A stretch of DNA of 64,000 bases from Eledone cirrhosa. Taxonomy: Eukaryota. Positions 50,601-62,036 of this stretch are shown here, piece by piece. Every line of letters begins with the position of its first letter. Position 1 is the stretch's first letter. Below the pieces are notes generated by a model. It ran no database searches. It saw only the letters and a list, made by a program, of their open reading frames with translations, and was not told where the DNA came from. Made by a program: the position numbers and the translations under genes. Location of the stretch: positions 29,574,001 to 29,638,000 of the forward strand of contig OZ024748.1 in assembly GCA_964016885.1 (NCBI GenBank), written 5' to 3'.

Positions 50601-53600
50601 CAGGAACTATGTGCTATTTTCAATTTCAAAGGAAAGGAACTAGTGGTGAGATGCTTTACTGGAAAAGACTTGTCTAACCCATGTGAATATTGAAAAATGG
50701 ATGTAAAAACGATGATGATGGTGGTGGTATCTATGCACAGATATACCCAAGGGCCAAGTGGTGGTGTTAAATTGAGAATGAATATATTCATACAGTATCA
50801 CAAAATATTAACTTCATCACAAAATGACAACTTGCTGCAGGCTACTGATGAAACCTGTGGCTGGAGCAGAGCTCCAACCAGACAGAGAGTGACCTGGTTG
50901 TGGAACAGCACAGTAGATAAGGCTATTAGAGACAAAAGACTAGTATGGAAGGCTTGGAAAAAGGGTGGGAGTAGGGAAGAATATACAGCCACTAAGAGAG
51001 AAGCTAGACGTCAGGTGTACTTAGCACGCAGGGAGGCAGAGAGTAGGAGGTTTGCCAATGTTCTGCGATGGGAAGATCAGAGGCGTGCAGTGTTCCACAT
51101 TGCAAGGCAGTGTGTCAATGCAAATCAGGATGTTGTTGGAGATAAATGTGTCCGGGATGATGCCGGTGTACTTAGTGTCACGAATGATCAGAAAAAGGAG
51201 GCCTGGAAATGTCATTATGAGAGACTGATGAATGTGGAGAACGAATGGGAGAGAGAGAAATTACCCTTGGTAGATCCAACAGAGGGACCAGCTATTGAGA
51301 TTGACGAATATAGGGTCCAAAGGCGATTAGGGAAATGAAAAATGGTAAGGCTGCCAGACCATCGGGAATAGTTGCTGAGATGCTGAAGGCATCAGGGGAC
51401 GTAGGCACTAAACTGGTTGCACGCATCATCAATCAGGCTATATATGGTGGTGTCATACCCAAAGACTGGTGCAGCAGTATTCTCATAAATTGCTACAAAG
51501 GTAAAGGGGATGCTTTGGAGAGGAGCAATTATAGGGGTATAAAACTGATAGATCAGGTTATGAAAGTGGCAGAAAGGATTTTAGCACAACTAATTAGAGA
51601 AAGGGTCAAACTAGATGAGATGCAGTTTGGTTTTGTGCCTGGGAAGAGTACAACAGATGCCCTCTTCTTGGTGAGACAATTGCAAGAGAGGTTCTTAGAG
51701 AAGAATAAGCCACTATACTTAGCCTTTGTGGACCTAGAGAAGGCCTTTGATAGGGTACCCCGATCTGTCATCTGGTGGTCCCTAAGGAAGCTAGGTGTTG
51801 AGGAATGGCTTGTGAGGACAGTGCAAACTTTGTACAGAGGTACTCTCAGTAAAGTCAGGGTAGGAATGGAGTTTAGTGAGGAATTCCAGATACAAGTAGG
51901 AGTACATCAGGGTTCGGTCCTCAGCCCGCTCTTGTTCATTATAGTCCTCCAAGCCATAACAGGGGAGTTTAAGACTGGCTGTCCATGGGAACTTCTCTAT
52001 GCTGACGATCTGGTTCTTATAGCAGAATCAGTAAAGGAGCTAGAGAATACATTCTGGCTATGGAAACAGCAGTTGGAAGCAAGAGGACTGAGAGTGAATC
52101 TAGCTAAGACAAAAGTGTTGATGAGTAGAAAAGAGGACAAAACCCTGATTCCGTCAGGGAAATGGCCATGTTCGATATGCAGAAAAAGAACTGGCATAAA
52201 TTCTATAAAATGCACACAATGCAGATCCTGGGTACACAAGAGATGTAGCGGGATAGCAGGCAAACTAACAGGTAGGGAGAAATATGTATGCAGTAGATGT
52301 ACAGGGAAATTAGACAGTAGAAGTCGCACTGATAGACACATTTTTCAAATGCAAGAGGGCGCTATAGTAGTGATGGATAGCTTCCGGTACCTAGGAGATC
52401 AGATTAGCATGGGAGGAGGGTGTTCCAAGGCCATAGTATCTAGAATAAGGACGGGTTGGAAGAAGTTTAGGGAGCTGCTTCCTCTGTTGACGAAGAAGGG
52501 TTTCTCCCTGCGTACGAAAGGCCGGTTGTATGATGCCTGTGTGAGGAGCGCGATGCTGCATGGTAGTGAGACATGGGCAGCAACTGCAGAGGATATGCAG
52601 GAGAGGACGGCTGGAGAGAAACGAGGCAAGCATGCTCCGTTGGATGTGCAGTGTAAATGTGCGTGAACGATCCAGCATAAATGTGTTGAGAGAGAAACTG
52701 TGTCTGAGAGGGATAGAATGTAGTGTATGGGAGAGGAGACTGAGGTGGTATGGACATGTGATGCACATGGAGGATGACCGATGGGTCAGGAATTGCCAGT
52801 TGAAGGAAGACGTGGTAGAGGTAGACCACGAAAAACATGGGCGGAGGTTGTGAGAACAGACCTCAGATCATTGAAGCTCACGGTGGAGATGACGAGGGAC
52901 CGTGACGAGTGGAGAGATGCTGTGCTGAATAAGACCCGTCCCACCCTTGCAAGCAGGGAAAAGCGGACATAAAATGATGATGATGATGATGCCCTCAAAT
53001 CTGCCCCACCCCCCAAGTTTCTACTTACCAATTTTTCATCTGGTAGAAGAGTCAAAACGAGATAAGGTGGTGGCAGAAGAGGAATGGTGAGGTCAGAGTC
53101 TTTTAAATGTGGGTTACAAAAGATAAGTGAAGCAGATTCTTTGGTCTGGAATTTCCCTTCTGGCAGCTCAGCTTGGACAACCAGTTCAATGGTGGAAACG
53201 TCTTCTGGTTTGTCGGCCAAATCCATGATGTAATTTGAATATGGAGTCTTCTCTACTAGCTTCACACCCAGGGGTATGTCCTGTATTGAGTTATTGAGGA
53301 GAGGATTGCGCAAGATCTGCTCCTTCAGCGAATCTGTGGCTAACGGCGTTTTGATTGTTTCTACAAGCTCCTGGGCTTCATTGTCAGTAAGTGGGGCATC
53401 ACTGGGAGGGTTGGCAATCTCAGTGGGATCTTCCATCTTTTCAGAAGATGTATGACAGGATTCTAATTGAGTCTTCAGAGGTTTCCACAAACCTTCTATC
53501 CAGGGTTCTACCACAAGTTCTAATCTGTTGAGTGGAAAATAGTTTGTAATGTGTAAGTAAAGAAGTCTCTTCATTGCATAAAAATAATATTTCACAAATG

Positions 53601-56600
53601 TATATAAATACAAACATATATATACTGTGTGGAGTGTGGAGAAATATGTGTTTATGTTGTATGTGTGTACATATATATATATATTCTTATGCTTTGGGAG
53701 GGTCATGTTGCCAATAAGAAACACACGCACCAGTTGCTTTCACTCCAATTAATTATAAATTAAATTTATAAATTTAAGAATTTATAAATTTCTGGTTGGT
53801 TCCATAACCGGACGGTTGTTCATATATTGTCAAAGTTCTTTTGTCACACATTCTGTGACCTCTTCAGTGACGAAAGAACTTTGACAATATATGAACAACC
53901 ATCCGGTTATGGAACCAACCAACCAACCGGAAATTTATAAATTTAATTTATAATAAATTGGAGTGAAAGCAATTGGTGCGTGTGTTTCTTATTGGCAACA
54001 TGACCCTCCCAAAGTGTAACAATATCGGTTTCAACACACGTTTTCAGATAAAGAATCTTGCTAAACAAATTCAGAAACGAAATATATATATATATATAAA
54101 TAAAAAGATAAAAAGGGCTTCTCTGTCTATTCACCATATTGGATATTCTCTGTAACCAAATAGACATTTAGACTAGCTTAAAAAAAAAAATGCTTTTCTT
54201 TCTGTTCACTCTATTTTTCAGGACAGCAAAACTGTCTTAATTTCATAAAGATTCCTCACCTCTCCCACCCCCACTCACCTCCATAACATAATCTCATGAA
54301 AGTACAGCAGAGTGACAATGTCAACCTAACGTCATATCCTACACACCTAACACCCCTACGGGTAATACTTTTCCACTGATACCTGTACCACTAACAGCCA
54401 TGCCCCACCATTAACACATACCACTGTCCCACTAACACCCGCCTCACCACCGCCACTATTACTTACCACTGAGACTTGCATCACTAACAAAAACTGGCTG
54501 GAAAGAAATATTCATAATATAAATAAGGACACAATGCAAATGCCCAGCTCTGAGCAACCTCGGCAACCCTCTCCTTCTTTTCGGACACGAAAAGCCAGCA
54601 CCAAGTTATCCTCCACCCCCAGGCATGCGGTACCGACTCCCCGAGACTTCAGAGCTGCAACTATCAATGGAGGGACGCTGAAAGGTAGGTCAGGTGAGAT
54701 TGTTGAGATGCTTGAGTGAAAGAAAGTTGATGTATGCTGTATACAAGTGAGCAGGCAGAGAGGAGAATCTTCTAGACTCCTAATACACAGAAAACAACAT
54801 TATAAATTTTTCTGGAAAGGTGTTGTGTGCTAGCAGAAAAATGGGTGGACAAGGTAATTGCAGTAAATAGAATAAAAGACAGAATCATTACACTCAGACT
54901 CATTCTAAATAGAACAACGGTAACAATCATGTCAGTTTATGCACTCCAATATGGGCTGCCAGATGAACAAAAGGATGTATTCTACGAATCTCTAACACGT
55001 GCAACCTCCCAAAACCAAGAATGGTGACTTCACTATTATTGCAGGTGACTTTAACAGACAATGTAACGGTTACTATGGGGCCCTCGGAGGTTTCGTGTTT
55101 GGCACAAGAAATGGGGAAGGATCATGACTCCTGGAATTCTGTGGTATCAACCGACTGACTATCTGCAATACAAACATTAAGAAACCAGCAAACCAACTGA
55201 TCATCTATGGTTCAGGTGAGCACACCAGCCAAATTGGTTATATCCTCACCAGAAGACAAGATAGAGCAACAGTTGTAAAAACAAAAAGCGTCCTAGATGA
55301 GGAATGCACCCCGCTAACATAACCTAATAGTCAGCATTTTCAGAGTTAGAACTAGGCAGACCCAGAGACAGACCTGGAAGAGAAGGATATGAAAACTGAA
55401 GGAACCCTCAGCTTTTAACAAATTTAGGAGAATCTTACTTGACGCTTTTGACAGGAAGGAATAAGAAAAAGAGACATACAATATAGAGGAGCAGTGCGGG
55501 TTCCTGAAAGATAACCTGCTGAAAGCGACAAACAAAATCGGCAGATGGAGCAGGGCCCCAGGGAAAATTAGAGTCACTTGGTGGTGGAATTGTAAGGTGG
55601 ATGCAATAATTAAGGCCAAAAGACAGGCATGGAAAAAAATGGAAAATGGGAGTAGCAGGTACCTTTACAAAGAAACTAGGAGAGAAGCAAGGCAGCAAGT
55701 ATAGCTTGGCAACATGCAGAAAATGAAAAGTTTAAGCATGTTTTACAATGCGAGGACCAAAAGTGTGAGGTGTTCAGGCAATGTGTCTAGAGAAAACCAT
55801 GATGTTATCGAGGAGAACTGCATCAGTGATGACAATGGCACACTTGCCCTTACCGATGCTGAAAAGAAAGCTACATGAAAATGCCATTATAAAAGGTTGA
55901 TGAATAAGGAAAATGCATGGGAGGAAAACAGCTTGCCCCAAGCATACCTAACAGAACGTCCAGCTGTATGAGTAAGCAGCAACATAGTAAGTAAGGCAAT
56001 TAAGAACATGACAAAAGCAACCAGACCATCAGGAATAGTTGCTGAGACATTCAAAGCACCTGGGGTGGTAGAGCACACTCTAACAACCCATGTCATAAAC
56101 CAAGTAATAGAGAACGGTGTTATTCCAATGACTGGTGTAGCAGTATCATTGTCAAAAGGAGATGCTCTAGAGAGAAGTAACTAGAGAGGCATCAAGTTGA
56201 TTGACCAGGTCATGAAAGTTACAGAAAGAGTCATCGCACAAATAATTAAAGACCATATACACCTAGATATAATGCAGTTTTGTGTCGGGAAAAAGCACCA
56301 CTGGGGCCCTATTCCTTGTGAAGCAAATGCAAGAGAAGTACTTGGCTAAAAGCAAGCCATTCAATTTAGCATTCGTGGACCTAGAAAAACCCTTTGACAT
56401 AGTCCCACACTCAATAATCTGGTGGACCCTCAGAAAATTATAGGTAGATGAGTTGATTGTGAGGGCAGTACAAGCCATGTACAGAGGGGGCACCAGCAAA
56501 GTTAAAATTAACAAGGACTGTGGAATTCAGTGTGCAAGTGGGGGGGGTCCACCAGGGCTTTGTTCTTAGCTCAATCCTGTTCATTATTGTCCTGCAGGCT

Positions 56601-59600
56601 ATAACAGAGGAATTTAAGACTTGGTTGCTCATGGGTACTCCTATATGCTGATGACCTGACCCTCTTAGGCGATTCTATGACAGAATTAGAGAGAGAAGAA
56701 ATTTCAGACATGGAGGCACAGCTTGAAAACAAAAGGCCTTAAAGTCAACCTGGCACTGTGCACTGAGGAACTACATTAATTGGAAAGAAATGAAGCCTAC
56801 ATGCTCCAATGGATGTGTAATAGTAGTGTGCATGAACGATGAAATGGAAATGAATTGAGAGCAAAATTGGGCATAAGAGGGATCAAATGCTGTGTACAGG
56901 AGAGAAGAATGTAATGTAATTGACAATATACACAGAAATTGAACGAAGTCTATGTTACACTGTCTTCTGTAACCAGTAAAGTAATCCACGATACATTTAA
57001 AAAAAGACGATATTATATATAAACTGCATTAGGAGAAAATTAGCGACGGAAATATATGCGATATTTTTATAAGTGTTATAATATAACTGTTTCTACATTT
57101 GGCACACGGCCAGTAATTATCCCAGTGTATTACTGGTACATTATTTTATCGACCCCGTAAGGGATTTGAACTCAGACCATAAAGGGCCGTAACTCTATGC
57201 TGCAAAACATGGCGCCCGACCCTCTACCGATACTGCCAAACGGCCGCTAACAGGAAGTGTTGACATTTGAAATTTTATAGAAGTGAATCTTTAAATAAGC
57301 TATAAAATATATTTAATCAACAGCCACGAAATTTAGCACATAAATTATGTAATATTCATTCATTATTTATTCAAAGTAATCCAACTTATTTTACAAACAG
57401 GATAAAAAATATATTCTGGACGCAGTCCCGCACTCCTTTCTTTATTATAGTTAAGATATTCTATTTATAATAGCTGAATGATTTCTAGCTTTTGAAAATG
57501 ATGTAAATAAAAGTAAAATGATATATAACATCAACAAGTAAATCAACACAGCAGAAGAATTCAATACAATGATGCTACATTAGTTTAATACTTGATATAG
57601 TTGGAAAAGAGTCTTAATGCCAGTCCTTCATTGGAAGATAGAGAAAAAAAAGGATGCCTTAGAAAGACATACATCAAGCATTTTAAGAAACCCTACTTTC
57701 TCTGATAAAGCAGAGTTTAGATTTGTAGAGTCTATGACAAATTTCTTTATTTCTCACTATCATTTACTCCCCCATCACCAACTACCTGGCTTTCATTTAC
57801 CCTATCAATGTCTTTTCCATCCCTCCTTTCAATCAGTCACTTTCATGCTTCCTCAACACCTGATCCAATCATCATATTCCATTTCTCTTCATAACATTCA
57901 TCACTGGTTCTATTCCCATCATCCTGTCAACCAGTTATTCTCATCCTTCCTCAACACATGACCCAACCATCTCATTCCATTCCACTGCTCAACACAAATT
58001 TTACATTTTCATTAGTGATTATTTTAATGTGTAGTTCTAAATGTAATTTTGTGCAGTAAGTTTATATTATTTGTCAAATACTACATGTAAATTTTGGTTT
58101 AAAACACTCATAAAATGTTAAAAATAGCCATTGCAAATGCTTCTCACACTCAGAGAATATCATACACTGGGTCATGGCACCTGCCTTCAAGATTTACACA
58201 GTCCTAAAATTTCCTTAAAATAAACCCTTATCTTCATGCATCTCTCTTATATTAATACCAACACAACTTACCCTACAGCATCATCAGCCCAGCCACATTC
58301 ATAAAATAGGCAAGCCCTTAACTCCTCAAGTTTTCTGTCAATTATTTTGCCACCATTACAGAATGTATTGTAGTTTGTATCTCCCAAACCTGGAATGAGG
58401 ATAGACAATGGTTTTACTGGATACAACACCAAGACCAATTTTACTATGTGAAATGAAGTTTTATAGTATGGTGAAAAGTGAGATGCAAAACTCATGGGTA
58501 CTAAAAACCAATAGCCAAAAATACTCACCAAGAACTGTGTATGACAGATGTCTCAAGTATTCTTCAGAGTCGGACTTTTTCTTCAGTTTGTGAAGAAATT
58601 TGATGGCTGTATCAGGGACATTTCCGTCACCTGTGGTGGACACAATGAAAACCAGACTGCTCTCATTCTCAATCTTGAACTGGAGATACAGAATGGAAAC
58701 ATGAAATTTAAATTGTTTATAGTGTGAGTGATTATTGTTGGCCTTTAGTCAGCTCTGTTTGAGCTAACTTATGATCAAAGCCATTCCAGCCATGACCATC
58801 TCGTCTTTTATGTATACCTTAGACTACTTGTTAAAAGTGTCCATTTTGGGGGGGAAATTTGTCTACTATTTCTAGCAGATCAAGGGACCATAAACAGAAA
58901 CAATTGTTGTTTAGCTGTAGGTTATCCATAATTAAGTTGACCACTTTTAGTTATAATGAACTCATTTGAGAATGATTTCAAACAGAAATAAAGGGAAAGA
59001 AAAAAATAGCGAGAGTTAGAACTGAATACCAAACCTCTTGTTAATGTCTCAAATAGATTTAACTATTACTTGGCTCTCACTCTTCCTCTATTCTCTTACT
59101 TTTTTTATATATCATCTTTACATCAACATTTCCATGCTAGCATGGGTCAAACAGGGCTTTTTAAGGCAATAGTTTAAAGCCAGATGCTCTCCATGACACT
59201 AACACTTTTAGTTGCTTGTTATGACACACTGGGATATGGTGTACTTATTCTATGTGTGCATGTTTTTGCATATAGATATAACAAATATACATAGAAGGAA
59301 AGAAAATATAGGATAAAAAGATGTGATATAGGTTGAATAAAACAAAACAATGAATGTTAATTAGGAAATGGTTAAACAAATTAAGAAGAATATGACAAAC
59401 ATTTAATAGAACAACAGATATGGGAAGAGAGTTAAATAGAAATATTAAAAGCTAAAATTTGAAGAAGAAAATAGTACAATTGCAATGTAGGTCAAGTATT
59501 AAATAGGACAACAGTGTAGGGTGGGCTAAATTGGACAGCAATGTAGGGTGGGTTAAATAGGACAACAATGTAAGGTGGATCAAATAGGACGTCAGAGTAG

Positions 59601-60003
59601 GGTGAGTTAAATAGGACAGTGGTAAGGGATGGTTAAATAAAACTAAAACTAAAGAATAATCCAAACAATTAGGTAAGAACTTAAGCAAGAGTGTGCTAAT
59701 TAAGCAATCATTTCATAATTAGAAAAAAAAGCAATAATATATCTGCAGATATTTCAAAGCCTCTAATCACAGACCCATACCAATTTTTGAGATGTTAGAA
59801 ACAGTTAGGAAAATGTAGGTGGAGAAGTTATGGTAAAGGACAAAGGCAACAGTTACTTTGTCGTCGGTGCTACTGAGGCAATGACGTTCTACGGAGAAAC
59901 CTTTGGCTATGGCATCGTCATAGATTAATTCTGAAATGGACTCTGCTTGACCAGTCTGGGAAGCATATAGCAAGAGAAACTGACTGCTGTGAGGGGCTGA
60001 CAT
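35534..60003 (-). CDS. MTRR: Methionine synthase reductase (diflavin FMN/FAD/NADPH reductase), 13 coding exons, 749 aa
   Basis: Coding exons in transcript order: 59857-60003, 58529-58679, 58272-58389, 53029-53524, 50131-50274, 46060-46148, 44606-44762, 44020-44200, 40886-40928, 40464-40668, 38989-39191, 36980-37215, 35534-35613. All introns GT-AG, phases consistent, 2250 nt. Motifs: [126 protein letters not shown] and [11 protein letters not shown] are MTRR-like rather than POR/NDOR1-like. Confidence 0.95.
35773..35958 (+). mobile_element. SINE family A copy in the last MTRR intron
   Basis: Matches 13617-13813. Confidence 0.78.
36980..37215 (-). CDS. MTRR: MTRR coding exon 12
   Basis: cag|NEIEKF...[17 protein letters not shown]...[14 protein letters not shown]...SEK|GTAAAA. 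Confidence 0.93.
37826..38430. mobile_element. Two oppositely oriented 3' fragments of an RLE (restriction-like endonuclease) non-LTR retrotransposon
   Basis: Minus-strand [18 protein letters not shown]...[12 protein letters not shown]...KLAKY. 37826-37917 and 38212-38305 are diverged inverted copies. Related fragments at ~29010-29200 (+) and ~32076-32400 (-). Confidence 0.65.
38989..39191 (-). CDS. MTRR: MTRR coding exon 11 (NADPH domain)
   Basis: tag|[40 protein letters not shown]...[16 protein letters not shown]|GTAAG. Confidence 0.93.
39525..39857 (-). mobile_element. SINE family B copy
   Basis: Reverse complement of 3849-4196. Confidence 0.8.
40464..40668 (-). CDS. MTRR: MTRR coding exon 10
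   Basis: tag|[16 protein letters not shown]...RQGVCTGWL...KPV|GTAAGT. Confidence 0.9.
40886..40928 (-). CDS. MTRR: MTRR coding exon 9 (43-nt mini-exon with FAD-binding RxYS)
   Basis: tag|[15 protein letters not shown]|GTTAGT. Confidence 0.9.
41342..41525 (-). mobile_element. SINE family A copy with a ~10-bp TSD
   Basis: CTAGTATAAT at 41332-41341 and 41525-41534. Confidence 0.82.
41720..43682 (-). mobile_element. Cluster of decayed RTE LINE fragments in MTRR intron 8
   Basis: ORFs 41737-41940, 42125-42415, 42528-43145 and 43323-43532 carry RTE RT/EN motifs. Confidence 0.85.
44020..44200 (-). CDS. MTRR: MTRR coding exon 8
   Basis: cag|[27 protein letters not shown]...[20 protein letters not shown]|GTAACT. 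Confidence 0.92.
44606..44762 (-). CDS. MTRR: MTRR coding exon 7
   Basis: tag|LDLENAGD...[33 protein letters not shown]|GTAACC. Confidence 0.9.
44849..45574. mobile_element. piggyBac-type MITE interrupted by nested retroposon insertions
   Basis: TTAACCCTTTTG at 44849 and AAAAGGGTTAA ending at 45574; terminal parts resemble 12610-12793. Confidence 0.5.
46060..46148 (-). CDS. MTRR: MTRR coding exon 6
   Basis: cag|[30 protein letters not shown]|GTCAGT (YQPGD motif). Confidence 0.88.
46362..48716 (-). mobile_element. Decayed, internally deleted RTE LINE in MTRR intron 5
   Basis: EN (48214-48492, 47969-48286), RT (47128-47502) and C-terminal (46277-46636) fragments. Confidence 0.88.
50131..50274 (-). 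CDS. MTRR: MTRR coding exon 5
   Basis: cag|[10 protein letters not shown]...[18 protein letters not shown]|GTAAAT; 144 nt, phase 0-0. Confidence 0.88.
50823..52991 (+). mobile_element. Young 5'-truncated RTE LINE in MTRR intron 4
   Basis: 443-aa RT ORF 51335-52666 with [25 protein letters not shown] and a Cys-rich C-terminal part; few frameshifts; (ATG)n tail at 52974-52991. Confidence 0.93.
53029..53524 (-). CDS. MTRR: MTRR coding exon 4 (end of FMN domain plus long hinge)
   Basis: cag|[13 protein letters not shown]...[21 protein letters not shown]|GTAAGT. Confidence 0.9.
53692..54014. repeat. ~320-bp palindrome (arms 53692-53847 and 53867-54014), likely an inverted Penelope-like terminal repeat
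   Basis: Arms are reverse complements with few substitutions and indels; 19-nt loop. Confidence 0.9.
53829..53871 (-). ncRNA. Hammerhead ribozyme relic (G12->A) at the centre of a palindrome
   Basis: GUCA-CUGAAGAg-GUCACA-gaaug-UGUGAC-[A]AAA-GAAC-UU^UGAC. The opposite palindrome arm retains GTGACGAAAG. Confidence 0.55.
54645..56910 (+). mobile_element. Decayed RTE LINE in MTRR intron 3
   Basis: [31 protein letters not shown] and YADD-region remnants with many stops. Confidence 0.85.
58272..58389 (-). CDS. MTRR: MTRR coding exon 3
   Basis: cag|[40 protein letters not shown]|GTAAG. Confidence 0.93.
58529..58679 (-). CDS. MTRR: MTRR coding exon 2 (flavodoxin-like domain)
   Basis: cag|[28 protein letters not shown]...SYTVLG|GTGAGT. 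Confidence 0.93.
59485..59640. repeat. 27-bp degenerate minisatellite (TGTAGGGTGGGTTAAATAGGACAACAA)
   Basis: About 5-6 imperfect units in MTRR coding intron 1. Confidence 0.75.
59857..60003 (-). CDS. MTRR: MTRR coding exon 1 (ATG at 60003; acceptor AG at 60031-60032 implies an upstream non-coding exon)
   Basis: [49 protein letters not shown]|GTAACT. Confidence 0.9.
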
Positions 60004-61102
60004 GTCACTGCAACTAACACAAGAATATTCCTGAGGAAGGGAACAAGTAGAGAAAACAAAAAAGATAAAATAAGAATGAATATAAAAAGAAAATAACAAT
60101 AAACAACAAGTGTTTTAAGGTCATTTTCCTTGTTAAAGTAAGGTCTATATTTTATATCTACCTTGGGTCTATTGTCATCTTTGGGGACCTATATTTTACA
60201 TCTACTTTAGGCCTATTACCCTTTTGGGGGGTGGGGGGTATATTTTACATCTAATGAAAAATAATTATTTTAGCAATTAAAAACAAATACACAAACAACA
60301 AACAATTTGTACATAATGACTTTATAAAAAGTTGTGAATCAAGTTTTAAAGTGAGTCATTAAAACTGGAGAAATTTAATGATGGGAAACAGGTCAACGTG
60401 TAACAGATACTGTTGTTATGTACTTAAGAACATGCAGTGAGATCAAACTCAACACCTCATGATTGTTATGTCTACCTCTATAGAACATTAGCATGTTACT
60501 GTATGTTAGAGGGGTTGTAGGTACACAGCAACAGACACAATTCTTCCTTTACATTGCCCACACATCAGCCAACCTTATTTTCCACCATTTTTCTTCTTAT
60601 CCATTCTTTAATCTTGTTCAACCACTCTCTTTATGGTCTTTCTATATCTTTTTTTACTGGACCTTATCCATGGATGACCATATTTACCACCCAATAACCC
60701 TGAATGTCAAGAGCAGGACCAAACACTGCAGGGCATCCCATTTGATACCCCACTGCCCATTATTTGTACTTTTTATTTTCAACTCTGAAAGGATGAACAG
60801 CAAAGATGACCATAGCAGATTTTAACTTAGGGCACAGACAGCTGGACAAAATACAGCAAGTTATTTTGTCTTATGCTTTAATAAATCTGCTAATTCACTG
60901 CCTACAAAGTCTTAGTGTTTTTTTAATCTTTTTTCAAGACTGATGAGAGGAAGTTATCTTTAGACCGAAGAGTTGACGGAACAGATGTCATCAACAGAGT
61001 GGACTCTGCTAATGACATCCAAGGACCAGGTGGCACTATTAACCCTTTCTTTACCATATTTCTAATAAAAGACACTGCTTATGTTTTACAGAACACTATA
61101 GA

Positions 61103-61295
61103 GATGATCATGATGATGGTGGTGACGATGATCATGATGGTTGTGTTGACAATGATGATGGTTGTGGTGGTGATGACGATGATGATGGCGATGGTGGTGA
61201 TGATGATAATGGTTGTGGTGAGGATGGTGATGATGATAATGGTTGTGGTGAGGATGGTGATGATGATAATGGTTGTGGTGAGGATGGTGGTGATA
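61103..61295. repeat. (ATG/GTG)n trinucleotide-rich repeat with a 30-bp higher-order unit
   Basis: Read directly. Confidence 0.85.
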
Positions 61296-61539
61296 AACTT
61301 CAACAAATTATATATATACTTTGAAACAAAGTGTGACAGCAGGCAGAAATTGATATTTCAGAGTAAATTAAAGTCAAGTAACTTGTGACTCATTTTTTAT
61401 TCAACTTCAAATGGCGTCATTTGTGTCAGAACCGTTCTGTGATTTAATATTAAACTAGTTCTGAAATAAGATTTTAATTTTTAAGAAAAAATATTTATAA
61501 AAATAAATGAAAACCACTAATTGCTATGAATTATTGCGA

Positions 61540-61850
61540 GCAGAACGGCCCCGAGGGATTCTAAACATAGATTGGCATGTTTATCCCTCCTTTCTGAAAC
61601 AGTTTCGTCGTATGTTCACCAATTGATGCAGAAATCCTAATAAAAAGTGAAACCGCCTTGGGTGAATAGGCAAATAATTTTCCATTAAGATTTTTCAAAA
61701 GCATGTAATTGCGTTCCCTCTCTTTTTTGTTGTTGTTTTTGGTGCTGTTGGTGTGATAGCAGCCGTTGGTCGTACTACTAACACAGTCTCGTCCTGCTTC
61801 AGCCAATCGTGTATATCTCCTTCTGCCTCGTCAGCAATGAGAACAATATT
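61540..61850 (-). promoter_or_regulatory. Possible MTRR promoter or first non-coding exon region
   Basis: Unique, relatively CpG-rich segment ~1.6 kb upstream of the acceptor-bearing ATG exon; CCAAT at ~61803; no splice donor identified with confidence. Confidence 0.3.
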
Positions 61851-61989
61851 TGCTCTACGGTTCTTATATATTTGATATATATTTATCCTTATCGAGCCTC
61901 GTGAAATAAATACGTTTGTTTATATTTTGTTATTGCAAAAATATCTGTACTCGAATATATAATTATATATATATATAATTATATATATA

Positions 61990-62036
<47 letters not shown>

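Noticed and set aside
52786-53730. 314-aa ORF as a standalone gene
   Set aside because: It is MTRR exon 4 plus open intronic and antisense-RTE flanks.
35534-60003. Alternative identity as cytochrome P450 reductase, NDOR1 or NOS
   Set aside because: No N-terminal membrane anchor or oxygenase domain; MTRR-like motifs are present.
60945-60975. CTGATGAG...CGAAG hammerhead-like words
   Set aside because: No convincing stems and GAAA is not conserved.
60999-61388. Met/Val-rich ORF
   Set aside because: Translation of an (ATG/GTG)n repeat.
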